A stretch of 64,000 nt of DNA from Lytechinus pictus. Lineage: Eukaryota. This document shows positions 9,855-23,400 of this stretch, in pieces. The notes beneath the pieces are model-generated. The model did not search any database, was not told where the DNA came from, and worked only from the letters and a program-made list of their open reading frames with translations. The DNA is taken from positions 14,448,001-14,512,000 of the forward strand of contig NC_087250.1 of assembly GCF_037042905.1 (NCBI RefSeq). Direction: 5' to 3'. The stretch's first letter is position 1. Each line of letters starts with the position of its first letter. The translations under genes were made by a program, and so were the position numbers.

Positions 9855-12335
9855 GGAGGACATCAGAGTTGTGACACACAACTGTGGTCATACGATTTGA
9901 TGAGGAAGACAGTGTTGTGACACAGTACTGTGGTCATAGCATATGATTGGATGGGAAGGAGAGTTGTGACACACCACTGTGGTCATATGATGAGGACTGC
10001 TGAGTTGTGACACACCACACGTGGTCATAGCATAGGATTGGATGAGGGCAGCAGAGTTGTGACAGACCATTCATTTGTGGTCATAGCATAGGATTGGATG
10101 AGTACAGCAGAGTTAAACACTGTGGTTATAGCATAGGATTGGATGAGGGCAGCAGAGTTGTGACAAACAACTGTGGTCGTAGCATAGGTTTGGATGAGGG
10201 CAGCAGAGTTGTGACACACCATGGTCACAGCATATGTTTGGATGGGAAGGAGAGTTAATTGTAACACAACCCTGTGTTCATATGATTTGATGAGGAAAGC
10301 AATGATGTGACATACTACATGTGGTCATAGCATAGGATTGGATGAGGGCATTAGAGTTGTGACACCCCACTGTGGTCAAATAGTATAAGGATGAGGACAA
10401 CTAAGTTGTAACAGGCCACTGTGGTCATATCAGGATTAGAACAGCAGAGTTATGACACACTACTGTGGTCATATGATAGGATTGGGTGATGATTGCAGAG
10501 TTCTGACACACCACTGTGGACATAGCATAGGGTTGGATGAGGGCAGCAGAGTTGTGATACACCACTGTGGTCATATAGTATAAGGATGAGGACAGCACAG
10601 TTGTGACACACCACTGTGGTCATAACATAGGCTTGGATGAGGACAGCACAGTTGTGACATACTCACTGTGGTCATAGCATATGATTGGATGAGGGTATCA
10701 GAGTTGTGACACTCCAATGTAGTCATATCATACGATGGATGAGACCATCAGATCTGTGACACACCATTGTGCCATAGCATAGCACTAGATGAGGGGAGTA
10801 TAAGTGTGACATAACAATGTGGTTATAGCATAGGCTTGGATGAGAAGAGCAGAGTTGTGACACACCACTTTGGTCATAGCATAGGATTGGGTGGGGTCAG
10901 TAAAGTTTGTGACACACCATTCATTTGTGGTCATAGCATAGGCTTGGATGAGGACAACAGAGTTGTGACAAAACACTGTGGTCATAGCATAGGATTGGAT
11001 GGGGGTAGCAGAGTTGTGACACGCCACTGTGGTCATAGCATAGGATCGGTTTGGGGTAGCAGAGTTGTGACACACCACTGTGGTCAAATGATTGGATGAG
11101 AGCAGCACAGTTGTGACACGTACACCACTGTCGTCATAGCATAGGATTGGATGAGGACAGCAGAGTTGTGACACACCACTTTGGTCATAGCATAGGATTG
11201 GGTGGGGTCAGTAAAGTTTGTGACACACCATTCATTTTTGGTCATAGCATAGGCTTGGATGAGGACAACACAGTTGTGACAAACCACTGTGTTCATAGCA
11301 TAGGATCGGATGGGGGTAGCAGAGTTGTGACACGCCACTGTGGTCATATGATTGGATGAGAGCAGCACAGTTGTGACACGTACACCACTGTCGTCATAGC
11401 ATATGATTGGATGAGGGCATCAGAGTTGTGACACACCACTGTGGTAATATTATAGGATTGGCTTGGGGCAGCAGAGTTGTGACACACCACTGTCGTCATA
11501 GCATATGATTGGATGAGGGCATCAGAGTTGTGACACACCACTGTGGTCATAGCATATGATCGGATGGGGGTAATAGAGTTGTGACAAGCCACTGTAGTCA
11601 TATGATTGGATGAGAGCAGCACAGTTGTGACACACCATTGTCGTCATAGCATATGATTGGATGAGGGCAGCACAGTTGTGACACACCACTGTCGTCATAG
11701 TATATGATCGGATGGGGGTAGTAGAGTTGTGACAAGCCACTGTGGTCATATGATTAGATGAGAGCAGCACAGTTGTGACACACCACTGTCGTCATAGCAT
11801 ATGATTGGATGAGAGCAGCACAGTTGTGACACACCACTGTCGTCATAGCATAGGATTGGATGGGGGTAGCAGAGTTGTGACACACCACTGTGGTCATAGT
11901 ATATGATTGGCTGGGGGCAGCAGAGTTGTGACACACCACTGTCGTCATAGAATAGGATTGAATTATGATTTCTGAGTTGTGATACACCACTGTGGTCACA
12001 TATATACACAGTAAAAAAAATATACAACGCTGTTTACTATATGAACCTTACAGTAATTGTTTAAACAGGTTAAACAAGTGTTTAGATCTTAAGCAACAAA
12101 GTTTAATTTTCAATATCTAATCTTCAATAAATTAAACATGATTGTGTAAAGGGTTAAACAAATACTGTAAGGTTCATATAATAAACAGCGTTGTATAAAA
12201 TCTTAAACAACGTTTTTACTGTGTATAAATATAGGATGCGCCGATGCGGTGAAGACATCAGAGTTGTGACACATCATTGTGGTCATAGCACAGAACTAGA
12301 TGAGGGTAGCAGAGTTTTGACACTCCATTGTGGAC
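9855..12335. repeat. ~51-bp tandem minisatellite array
   Basis: Consensus gagttgtgacacaccactgtggtcatagcataggattggatgagggcagca, with shorter variants and a ~311-bp higher-order duplication near 10830-11400. Confidence 0.95.
12007..12223. mobile_element. Fold-back MITE (CAC...GTG ends, TA flanks) inserted into the minisatellite
   Basis: cacagtaaaaa...tttttactgtg with long internal inverted arms; array units resume after 12226. Confidence 0.8.
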
Positions 12336-13323
12336 ACACAATTATCATCATCATCACTATCATCTTTTGATTAACTTTGCGTTTGATTAGTTGCCTATAC
12401 CTATGTTTTGTTTGAATTATGTTATGTTGAACTTACTTTTTGTTATCTTCCTGTTTTGTTGCAATGGTGTACATACGGACTTGCTAAAAAAACAGTCTAA
12501 CTGTTGATCGCAAGTATTTTAAATCCCGTATTGAAATAAATAAAACAAAGAAACATACACCATGGAAACTAACGCATGAATTGTATTGTACAGCTTCATG
12601 TTATTTCTAAAATGAAACAAATAATGCAAGATAATGAGCAACTTGAGTTAATTGACAAAACTGGAAGAAAAAACAAAAACAATTAACAGCAAGGCAAAAG
12701 GCAAAAAAAAAAAGTATTACAAATCAAAATTACAAAGGGCAACGTTTGATTCTCTGGAAAATGTGTTCAAATCTGCCAAAATTAGATTTCTAATTTAAAG
12801 AAGGTAATTTTTGCCCTATCGTGACTACTTCGAAATATTCCCCATACACCATATTGCATGTATATTGTATCCCCTGATAGTATTTTGGCTAACATAGTTA
12901 TAGGCCAGTATATTTGGATGGTTAAAGTAAACTAACCTGTCATTTCTTGTTTTCTAAAATAGCAAATTCGTCGTGCCGGTACAAGAATGCCCCTAGAAAT
13001 TCTTTTTCGTGCACCGCATCGATGCAAAAACGCCCTTATGCAATGTACTTATGCGTGCTGCCAAGGGCGTCTTTGTGCGCATGTGAAAGTGTGGCGTTAA
13101 GGATGTTCTTGCACTGACACAATTAATTGCATTCAAAGCACGGAATAACTTCTTTAATATATTCCTAATTATTGTTATAAAAGGGGCATATAACATTAAT
13201 AATTACAATAATAATAATAAAGATGTTGGATTTTTATAGCGCCAGATCCACTATTCAGAGTGCTAGACGCCATTGGCGGATAGTCCGAATAAACTTTACA
13301 GATTAACCGAACCTTTTAAACCC

Positions 13324-13459
13324 GGGAGGTGTTTCCTGAAGCCTCGTATCAGTGACTTTTCTTGACGTATTTGAATGCACCAATCAGATGCAATGAATTC
13401 AGTAGCTTATAAAAATTGTCAGTGAAATCACCGACTATTTGTTTTGTGAAATACTCCCC
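13324..13459. mobile_element. Harbinger-like MITE
   Basis: gggaggtgtttcctgaa...ttgtgaaatactcccc, followed by CTG; related to other GGG...CCC MITEs in the window. Confidence 0.55.
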
Positions 13460-14286
13460 TGAAAGGAATTCAAAGGTTATATTCTTATCAGCACAGAAAA
13501 CGTTCTCTTTAATTATACTCCAACCTTTTAAAATTTAATACTTAAATCAGAGTTGTTTTATTCCTGACAGTTCGGGATAAAATTTCATTTGGATATTGAA
13601 TATCGTCTTTTGATTTTTGATTTTTGATTTTTTTTTTTTTTTTTTTTTGGGGGGGGGGCACTGAGCAAAAAGTGGGAGGGGGTATGTATAAAATCACAGT
13701 TGGTGATTTTTTGTACGCAGTTGGGGGGGAGACAGGGGGCAGCTCCCCGCCCCCCCCCCCCCCCCCCCCACCGAAATTTCGAAAACATACATTTTTTGCT
13801 GAAAATTTTCATAAAATTCACCAAAGTATGCACGAAATCCTTCAAGTTCACTTTTAAAAATGCAAAAGCGCCACCACGAAAAAGCCGTTCGCTCGCTTTT
13901 GACTTTCTTCTAAAAAACATTTCTCCCCTCCCCGGGTTTTTTTTTGTACGGCCATGGCGGTCCATGTAAGGTACCAACAGTGCTCGCACAGCATCAGTCA
14001 AAATCCAGGTTCCCGTGAGTTTATTTTAGATGACAAGGCTGCACCCCCCCCCCCCGTGACTAAAATCAAAACTTTAGTCTCTTGTTTACTCTTTCAAAAA
14101 TGTTAAGCACTTTGATATCAATACGATAGTGGTGTGACTTTGATTAGCTAATCAACTTCGCACTCAAATCAGTTGATTATTAAAGAATATCATATATATA
14201 TAGGTCTATGGCTCGGTGACATTGAAAATGATTGTTAACACCTGAACATCATTAATCGATTTACTCGGGAGATATTGAGGAATAAC

Positions 14287-14497
14287 ATGAATACCAACGG
14301 CTTATTGTTTGCTTTATTTGCGTTTACTATAAGAATTATAACAGTGCAATGTATGGACTACGTACATGGATTTAATTGTGATTTTGAGACTAATATTTGT
14401 GGATGGCGCAATGATAAGGAGAATGGATATTTATTTTGGAAGCGTTCGAGCGGATTAGTACCATCCGAACACACCGGCAAATGGAACCAAGATACTA
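14287..14497 (+). CDS. Exon 1: signal peptide and start of MAM1
   Basis: [33 protein letters not shown]; donor A|GTAAGA, phase 1. Confidence 0.75.
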
Positions 14498-17400
14498 GTA
14501 AGAATACCAATCGTGATGTATTGATGAATGTTGTTTTGCTTAAGTTAATGTAATATTCTCTTTGACATGCCTCCAATTGTTGATACATATTGACATGAAA
14601 AAAAATGATTGATGATCACAAAATCAATGGTATATTTGTTTAATGGCGAACACTTTGGTCATTATGTCTTCCCATATCCCTTTTTATATATATACCATTC
14701 AACTCCTGTCACGTTTATTAATACTGCCCTTAGGCAGAATAATTTGTAAAACAACGACCAATAATCAGAGCCTTCAAATAAGATAATATTATTTAGGTGA
14801 TCCCTAGACATTGGTTGTTTTTATGTAAGGCCTATATGACATTTGTGCATTTTGTCATGTTATGCTCCAGGGCCGGTATTCAATCGTAAGTATTGCTTTT
14901 GTGAGTATTTTACTTCGCATTTTACTTGGCTAAGCAAAATTCTTAAACTCGTATTCAGATCACATTTAGTTACTTTATCAAACTAGATTTATATTAAGGC
15001 AAATACTTACTTATAGCCATTGTGACTTCATAAAGTTTGAGTCAAATAACTTGCAGTTTATCTGACTTGGATACTAAGCCAAAAGATGCGAATGAATACC
15101 AAAGATAATTAAGTATTTTACTTAAGCAAAATACTGACATGACTGAGTAAAATACTCAGTATTCTTTCTTAAATATCGAATTGAATACCGGCCTTGGATA
15201 TAAATAAACATAAACATGTTACTTGATTAGGGGAAGACTCTGTTGGTTTATTATGTCTAGATTATTGTATTTCCCAGTGGGTATCTCATCTATCGAGAAA
15301 AAAGATAGAGCTTGAGGCACCACTTTCAACGTGCAGACACTGGTGCACAGATGGGATGGGGCAAGGGGCCAAGAACCCCCCCCCCAAAAAAAAAAGAGGA
15401 AAATAGAATAAAAAAGAAAGAAATTGAAAGAAAAGAGGTGAAAAATTATTTTTTTTTTTTTTTAAGTCAAGATTTTCCCTTACTCGCTTCGTACAACCGC
15501 AGTTTTTTTTTTCGTTTTGCTGATTACGTCAATGCATGGGGAGCTAATGAAAGCGCATCTCTTTTGAAGGTGGTGGCTGTTTATATCATATGTATATTTA
15601 TTTCGTTAATTTTAGTTTTACCCTTCCCTGCAAAGCAATACAATGGACATGTCTCTTTATCCCATAGACACATAATACCCCCCCCCCCCCCTTTAAAAAA
15701 GGCGCTATTATGTTTGGATAGAGACTGATTTCATAATCCTGATTAAATTATTGAGTGGTTAAAAAAATGAAGAAAAAAAAATAAATCGCACAATAACGTG
15801 ATATATTGACATTTCATTTAGGGTCGTCGTTTCTGTACATTATGACGGCAATTAATCGATCAGGCAGCCAATAAATACCACTTCATTAAAAAGCCAATAT
15901 AATTTTCAATACAATCGAAGAATCAACTATTGTCCATTTGCACCCCCCCCCCCCTTTCTCTCTCTCTCTCTCTCTCTCCCTCCCCCTAAAAACGCATTTC
16001 CTTAATAATGTTTTTAATCATCAGATTGGTATCTGCAAATCAAAACTGACAGTTCTTCAAGCAGCGCGCAGGTAGGGGCTTTAGCCTCCCCCGAAGTTCC
16101 GCCTACACAGGACAATGGGGCATGCCTCAGTTTCATCCATTTCATCCAAGGCGACGACGAGGACGCCCTCTCCGTCCGAATATCTACAGGCGTGGATGAG
16201 GAGCTATGGAGAATCACGGGTTCCCATGGCAACGCGTGGGAGAAGAAATCATTATGGATACCACCGACCTACCTCCCAGGTCACGTGAGTAAAATAAGGC
16301 CATTGTCTGTGGGAGGATACATTAATGTGGAACTTCACACAGCGACATAAGGATGGTTAAAGAACGGAGAAAGTGTATCGTCAAATACCCTTCAAGAAAA
16401 GGACAAATAATAATATTAATAATAATAACGGTATCATATACCAGGGTACCCGCTTCAGTTTCGAAAACTGTTTCCCCCAGAGGGCCCTGATATTTTTTAT
16501 CCCGGCTGTAGATCGACTTCCTAGGCGCTCAAGCATACGAGGAATTTCTTACTACCGGGTACCCATTCACATCACCTGGGTTGAGTGCAGCACAATGTGG
16601 GTAAATTTCTTGAAGGAAAGTAGACCATGGCTAGGAATCAAACCCACGTCCCTTAGATTGAAAGACGAGAGTCATAACCACTAGACCACAACGCCCTCAC
16701 ATAGAATAGGTCTGTCGAAAATTGGTGAATCAAAACAGCAGATTAGTCCCCCGACTCTGGACAAACGACATACCTATTTGAGTCTTTCGTCAGCTCCTAA
16801 CCTTCGAACGAAAATACAGTATACTGTTCCGGTTCATCAGACCTCTCCCAGCTGTTCTTTGTCACTTGATAGACATTTTCAATACATTTATTGTTTTTTT
16901 AATCCTCCGTACATCGAGGAGCAAAAACTCTCTTATTCTGTTTTCAAGGGGGGCAGGATATCCCCTGGAATTTCATCGGTTTTCATATCGTTTTTTATTC
17001 TGTTGCCGTTGTTGTTGCTATAATTATTATTATTATTATCATTATTATTACTATTATTATCATTATTATTATTATTACTATTATCATTATTATTATCATT
17101 ATTATTATCATTATTTTTATCAACAATTGTTGTTATTGTCATCATAACAATCTGATACTCACGCAATTATTTTACATTTTAATTATTTTACAATTTTTGT
17201 TTTAACAAAATAACTTATATAGATCATGTTTACTGGTGAGCTGCACGGCCCTTTGTCATCAATAGCATTAGATGACGTCACAATTGAAATCGGGTACTGT
17301 GATCTTGAATCAGGTATGAATACAATTATAGTTATGATAAAAGCATTATATTCCCTGTCAAATCTTACAGCAATGCTTCATAGTCTTATTTAATGCTATA

Positions 17401-20400
17401 TGCATTTATGGTAACTCCCGTAGGAACTCGGAAGGACAGGTTTTTGCTGGCAAACGACAAGCTGGTTTATAACCAATCCACATAGGAAACATTATAAGTT
17501 AATCAGGCATGATGACTGATCTTAATATAGAAGACAGATATTACTCTCGGTGTCTTTCTGTCAAAATGGAGACGATGGCAGAGCGAGGATTCGAACTCAC
17601 AACCTTGCGAATATGAGTCAGTGCTCTAACCACTATAGACCACGCAACTCCGACTTGATCAGTCGTTTGCAGAATTGCATATTTGAAATCAATCTTTACT
17701 AATGAGGCCATATTTTGAGGTGGTCTGTCAATAAGATATTTGACCTATAATTATCTTTGATCGCTTGTTATCACAATTCCCAAACACCTATACAGGTCAA
17801 ATATGATCTTTAATACATGTACAACGGTAGGCTCCACACTTATACTTGCCCCCCCCCCCCTCTCTCTCTCTCTCTCTATCTATCTCTCTATTTCCCTGTT
17901 TTATTCATTCTATTCAAATAAATATGTATTTTCTTCCATTTTCTTTTTTTTTTCATTATGAATTATACAAAATCATCATGCTGGAAAGACCACAGTGTCA
18001 CACAGTGTAATCACAATAGTGGTCTACGTAAAAATATTATTCACACTGTTAAAATACTCAAATTCAACAGTGTAAAGATTATATCCATACTGTGAACACC
18101 GTAAACTCGACAGTGTGACTGTTCACAGCGTGTTCACATGGTGGACTATGATATGTGAATATGTGATTTACACTGTTGAAATGTTCAAATGTAACAGTGT
18201 GAAGTTTATTTCACATTGTGTTCCACACTGTGAACACACTGTGTTCTTTCCAGTAGGGATTTGTCACAAAGGGTATATCATACACAAATTTGTTAACAGA
18301 AGAGTGTGTCATTCACTAAAAGCAGACGGTAATTGCATACCGACCAGCTATGTGCATAATTTTGTGAAATTAAGTGAAAATTAAAAATGATAAAACTTTC
18401 GTCGGGGTTGACTTGCGCTTTTAAACATAACTGTGACTCTCTCCTCTACCACAACTCTCCCTATCTCTCTCTGTCAGCAATGGTTACACTGCCTCCACTC
18501 GTACCCCTTCCATGGGATTGCGACTTTGAGGAGGACGATTTGTGCTCGTGGGTCCAGGACACCAGCGACGATTTTGATTGGATCATTCAAACTGGTAGCA
18601 CGGTAACCGTCGGAACCGGACCCCCCGCAGACCACACAACTCAAAATAAAAATGGTGGGCTTTTATATTTTCTAACAACCCTCTTGGAAAGCCGCCGTAG
18701 GTCTATGCAGAATTTTATTTTTGCCTTATTAACATCTACATGTACTCTGCTAAAGGTTCACATCAGCATTAGATTACGTGTCATTACGTGTTTTCTTTTT
18801 GTGAATATTTATGAGGTGTATAGTCTTTTATTTGACCACATAGGATGGGGGTCGGTTGACCGGACACTTTATATTTTTGAAGCCTTCTTTTTTGTCTTTG
18901 GATCACACCAAAATTATGAATTCAGTAGTTATAATCATCTTCTATTTTGTTCTCTATAATATTTCCTAACGTTTTGTATTAGAAATTGATGAAACTTCGC
19001 TTGTAATTTTTTCCAAATGACTTTCTAAAATTGATCGTCCGGACACACAACCTGTCCGGACACAGTAAGAGAAAGTACGCAGTCGTTCATGGATGGTGGA
19101 GGGGAGGGGGAAATGACGCCATATTACTCAAATGAAAACCCAAATCGTCCACTGATTGATTTTTTTTTCATTGTACGGTTGGTAAAATTCTACGCTCCTG
19201 ATGCTACAGGAATAGTAAATTTTCGCTCCGTGACGTGAGGGTTCAAGAACGGAAAAAGGCGCATTGTCAAATGACCTTGCAATTTTTCGTCAGGTCGGAA
19301 AGATGGGACTGAATAATTTTTTTTCACGTAGACTTCTCAGCTGTTTTTTGTCATTTGATGGGCATTTTCAATACATTTGCTGCGTTCTTGATGACTTTAA
19401 CACTCCGTTCGTCTCGGAGCAAAAAGTCCCAAATACCGACGAAACAGGCTCTCGTAACAATAGAGTACCGAAGTGTGACGTCATCAATTTTCACTTTCTG
19501 CATTTCAGGGTTTTTATACCATATTCTGGTAGAGCATGGTGAAAAAAAAAACCACAGCCCAATTTTTGTGAGAATCGGTCCATGGGTCCCCAAGATATGA
19601 CCTCATGAATACATAATTAGTCCCTTGTTCTAAACCAGGCCAATAATACATTGACTTCAATGGGGCTAATTATGTATTCATGAGGTCATATCTCAGGCCC
19701 CCATGGACCGATTCTCACCAAATTTGGGTTGTGGGGGGTTTGCATCATGCCCTACCAAAATATGGTATAAAACGCTGAAATTTAAAAAAAAAACAGTTTT
19801 TTTGTGACGTCATCACTTCGGTACTCTATTGCAAATATGACAGAATCACTGTGGATAAACAGGATTAATCCAGTACTGAATAGAGAGTCTGAATATACAT
19901 TGTCTCCAATGTTCGGTCCAGTGATCAAGACACAAGGAGGGACAGATCACCACAGGCAGCACACTTTGTAGCTGATAAATCAACTTGAGAAAGTCCACAG
20001 GAGTGGACGAAAGCTCGCCCCAAATAATCATTAAGGTTGCTTGAAGCTTAAACATTATTTAATGAAAGAACCTCTCTGATTGGTGCGTGGTCACTGTATA
20101 GAACAAAATTTTCATACAACGATGATGTTGATTGTTCATTGGCATTTAGCAATTGATTGCAAACCTTTATGCCACGGGAGTCCAGACTGACATTAAGATA
20201 TCACGTCATCAATAATGGCAGAATATCGGTCGGTTAGAAACTGGTTTCGTTTTATGAATTAACTAACCTGTTTAACCCACGGTCAATCCGTTTATCTGCC
20301 ACAGGTCACTACGTAGCTATCGATACCAGTTCAACTCAATTGGAGCAGAAAGCGCGCCTTTACAGTGACGTCATCGACGATAATCCATCCATGTGTCTCA

Positions 20401-23400
20401 TCTTCTGGTATCATATGTACGGAGCACACGTTGGAACACTAAATGTTGGCTATGGAGACATGGCCGGTTATCCAGGTAAGGAATCGGCTGTGAGTTTTGT
20501 GAATGTTTCCATGCACCCATTATGAGATGGATTGATTTCCTAATCACGCCCTTGTTGTCTTCCTGACATAATAGCCGTTCAGTTGACCCGTCACCTACCT
20601 TAAACCTACCTCAACCCAGGTGAGGTAAATGGGTACCGGTAGGAAGTAATTCCTTAAAAAGCTGAGCGCGCTATGAACGCCTAGCTTAGCCAGGTAATAT
20701 AGGAGCGCCTTGAGCACCTAACAAGGTGGATATGTGCGGAATATAAATATCCTATATTATTAAAGAGAGGTTGAATAGAACTGTGCAAAACGGTCGGCCA
20801 TTTATAAGGGTCATTCAAGCTGCTACCTACCAAGCAACATTTTATATTATTGTATCAATATACCAGTATGCAGCGCTTAAAACATTACATTAAGATAAAA
20901 TTAAGATAATCAGTGCTTAAACAGCTATAAAGTAAGACATCCTCCTGGGGAAGTGGGAAGCATTTCATCAATATCTTCAGATCTGCACAATAAGTTTCCT
21001 TGATTTTGATTGGCCGAGAAGCACAGTCATTTCTTTCGTGAAACGCTCCCTTTAATTCCAGTGTCCCTTCTTTTAAACTGGAAGAGTTAGCCTGCATAAA
21101 GAAGGCTGAATCATAGATTATTATTATCATTATTATTATCAGCAGTATCATCATCATTATCATCAGTGATGATAACAGTTATGATGGTGATAGTGACTAT
21201 TATTATCATTATCATGTTCATCATCATCATTATCATCATCGCAATTATTATTCCTATAATCGTTGTTAACATTATCAATTGTTGTTATTATCATCACTAA
21301 ATTCAACACAGAAAGAAAAAGTAATCCAATTCCACGCAATCGAAAAATGACAGTCACATGAATGATCAAAAATAGTTGAACTAAATAAATAAATATACCA
21401 ATGAAGTAATTAATCCTTCTTTTTTGGTCCTAGTTGGTCTTGCACTTTGGACCAGGTCTGGGGAGCAGGACTATAACTGGCAGTACGGTCACGTGGCCAT
21501 CTCGCCCACGTCTTCCACTCCACGTGTTTTCTTCGAAGGCATCGCAGGAAACGGGGACCAGGGAGATATAGCGATTGATGACGTCATAATTGTGAATGAT
21601 TCATGCCCTGCACTTTGTAAGTGTATATACAATAGACCTTATGCATCGCGCCGCCATTTTAGAGGCTGAAGCCCATTGTCTTGCATGCAATGGAGATCTG
21701 CGGTTGGTGCATCTTTGACACCTCCGTTTACGCGTATTCCTATATCCTCAGGGGGAGGGCGCTATGAGATTTTGACGTCATATGCATAAGGTCTATTGTT
21801 TTGTTAAAGTCACATTCTATTTCAACGCATGCATTCTGCTGTGTTTTCTTTTTCTTCCGTTTTAGGAAATCCCAAAATAATATTCAAAACGCCATTATAG
21901 AAATTAATATAGGCCTGTAAAAATGATATGAATATTCTGTGCTAAAATTAATGAGGGAATATAATAGTCGAGCAGAATGGCGCTTTAGAAGTCTACTCTT
22001 TGCATCCCTCAATCAACTTTTTCACGTTTATTATCTTTTACTTCCCCCTTAGCTTATTTTCTCACATTTCGCCTTCTGCCTCATATTTTGTTCTTTCTTT
22101 TCTTTCTGTAACACCCCCCCCCCCCACACACACACACACACATACACACTTCCCCCTCTTTCTCTCTCTCTCTCTCTCTGTCTTTCTCTCAGTATATTGT
22201 GACTTTCAATCCAGTGATCTATGCGGTTATACAAACGATGATGAGGCAAGATTAGAATGGACAAGGGACCGAGGGCTCTCCGCCGTATCCGCAGGACCTT
22301 ACGTAGATCACTCAACAGGTACCGCCGACGGTAAGTCCCATTCAGGAACAAATAAAACCAGGTGGGTGTTTCATAAAGCTGTTCGTAAAGTTACACACAA
22401 CTTTACGCACGACTGGAACATGTTCTTAGGTCATAAATCAATTATATAGGGATATCACATAGCACAAGAAAATGATCACCAGTCGTGCGTAAAGTCATTT
22501 GTATCTTGCGAACATCTTTATGGAACGCATTACTGTTGTGATCAGTTGAACAATTATCAAACTTCAAACTCAATGGAAAAGGTTGATAAAATAATAAACG
22601 GATTGAGTATCTATGTGGAGGTTTGCAAAAATCTCCGCCGTATTTACGGGACCTTACGTAGGATCACTCAACTATCATATGGTACTCACGTGTGACCAGT
22701 TTAGTTCAGACTCCCACTTGTCAAACTTCAAAATTAGTAAGGGTCCTGTGTAGCCTAATAGTAATAGCTTGATTTATGTAGTTAATGTCCTTGATAGGCC
22801 TTTCAATTCCCTTTCCACGAGGTCGAGGGTTTAGTTAGGAGACCAACTTGCGTAGGCCTCTTCCTCGAATTGAAAACAAACATGAATTAGAATATACTAC
22901 TAACGAGGTAATTCTACTAGATTTGAGGGTAATCTCTATGCGTCATCTCATCAAGAGTTGTATGGAGAATTATATAAAATCGTCTCGGACGGAGAGGCTG
23001 CAGCCTAAAGGCAAAGTTAGAGTAATTTTTCTATGACGTAACAGTCATGAAAAACGTGTACGTCACAGTGAAACTAAAAGTAGGTTGACGTTTAAAGTAT
23101 GACGTCACAAATTTCGGACGCGTAACGTTGATAAAGTGCGTTGACCTTTGGCGTTGACCATTAACGTTACAACGGGGGTCATATGACGTCAAAATTAAAT
23201 AGAAAGTGCGGTGACATTTCAGACTATGATGTCACAAAGCACATCAATACGTCACAATAAATGCTCGGAGCATTGTATACTTCATAGCAATTTATTGTGT
23301 TGACAACCGGTCGAGTTTATCATAATGTACTTGGGCTGTCGTAGTACAGTAGCAGAAGGCGTGGTTCGGTCAGCTCTCTGGCTATTGAGAATTGTTTGGT

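Noticed and set aside
9888..12027. Cys/His-rich ORFs (MTTVVCHNSA..) in the minisatellite
   Set aside because: The 51-bp unit is a multiple of 3, so frames stay open by chance; shorter variants shift the frame; no splice or domain support
1..12335. CRISPR-like interpretation of the 110-bp and 51-bp arrays
   Set aside because: Whole units repeat with no unique spacers, there are no cas genes, and the context is eukaryotic
14476..14482. GC donor (CCG|GCAAAT) as the end of exon 1
   Set aside because: A canonical GTAAGA donor at 14498 gives the same phase and joins exon 2 directly; not formally excluded
16866..17166. Poly-Tyr/His and poly-Asn ORFs (also 57750-58076)
   Set aside because: Trinucleotide microsatellites
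16620..17651. Genuine tRNA genes at 16620-16697 and 17575-17651
   Set aside because: A/B boxes are present but the cloverleaf is degenerate; the first continues into a SINE body and tail, and the second is treated as a SINE head
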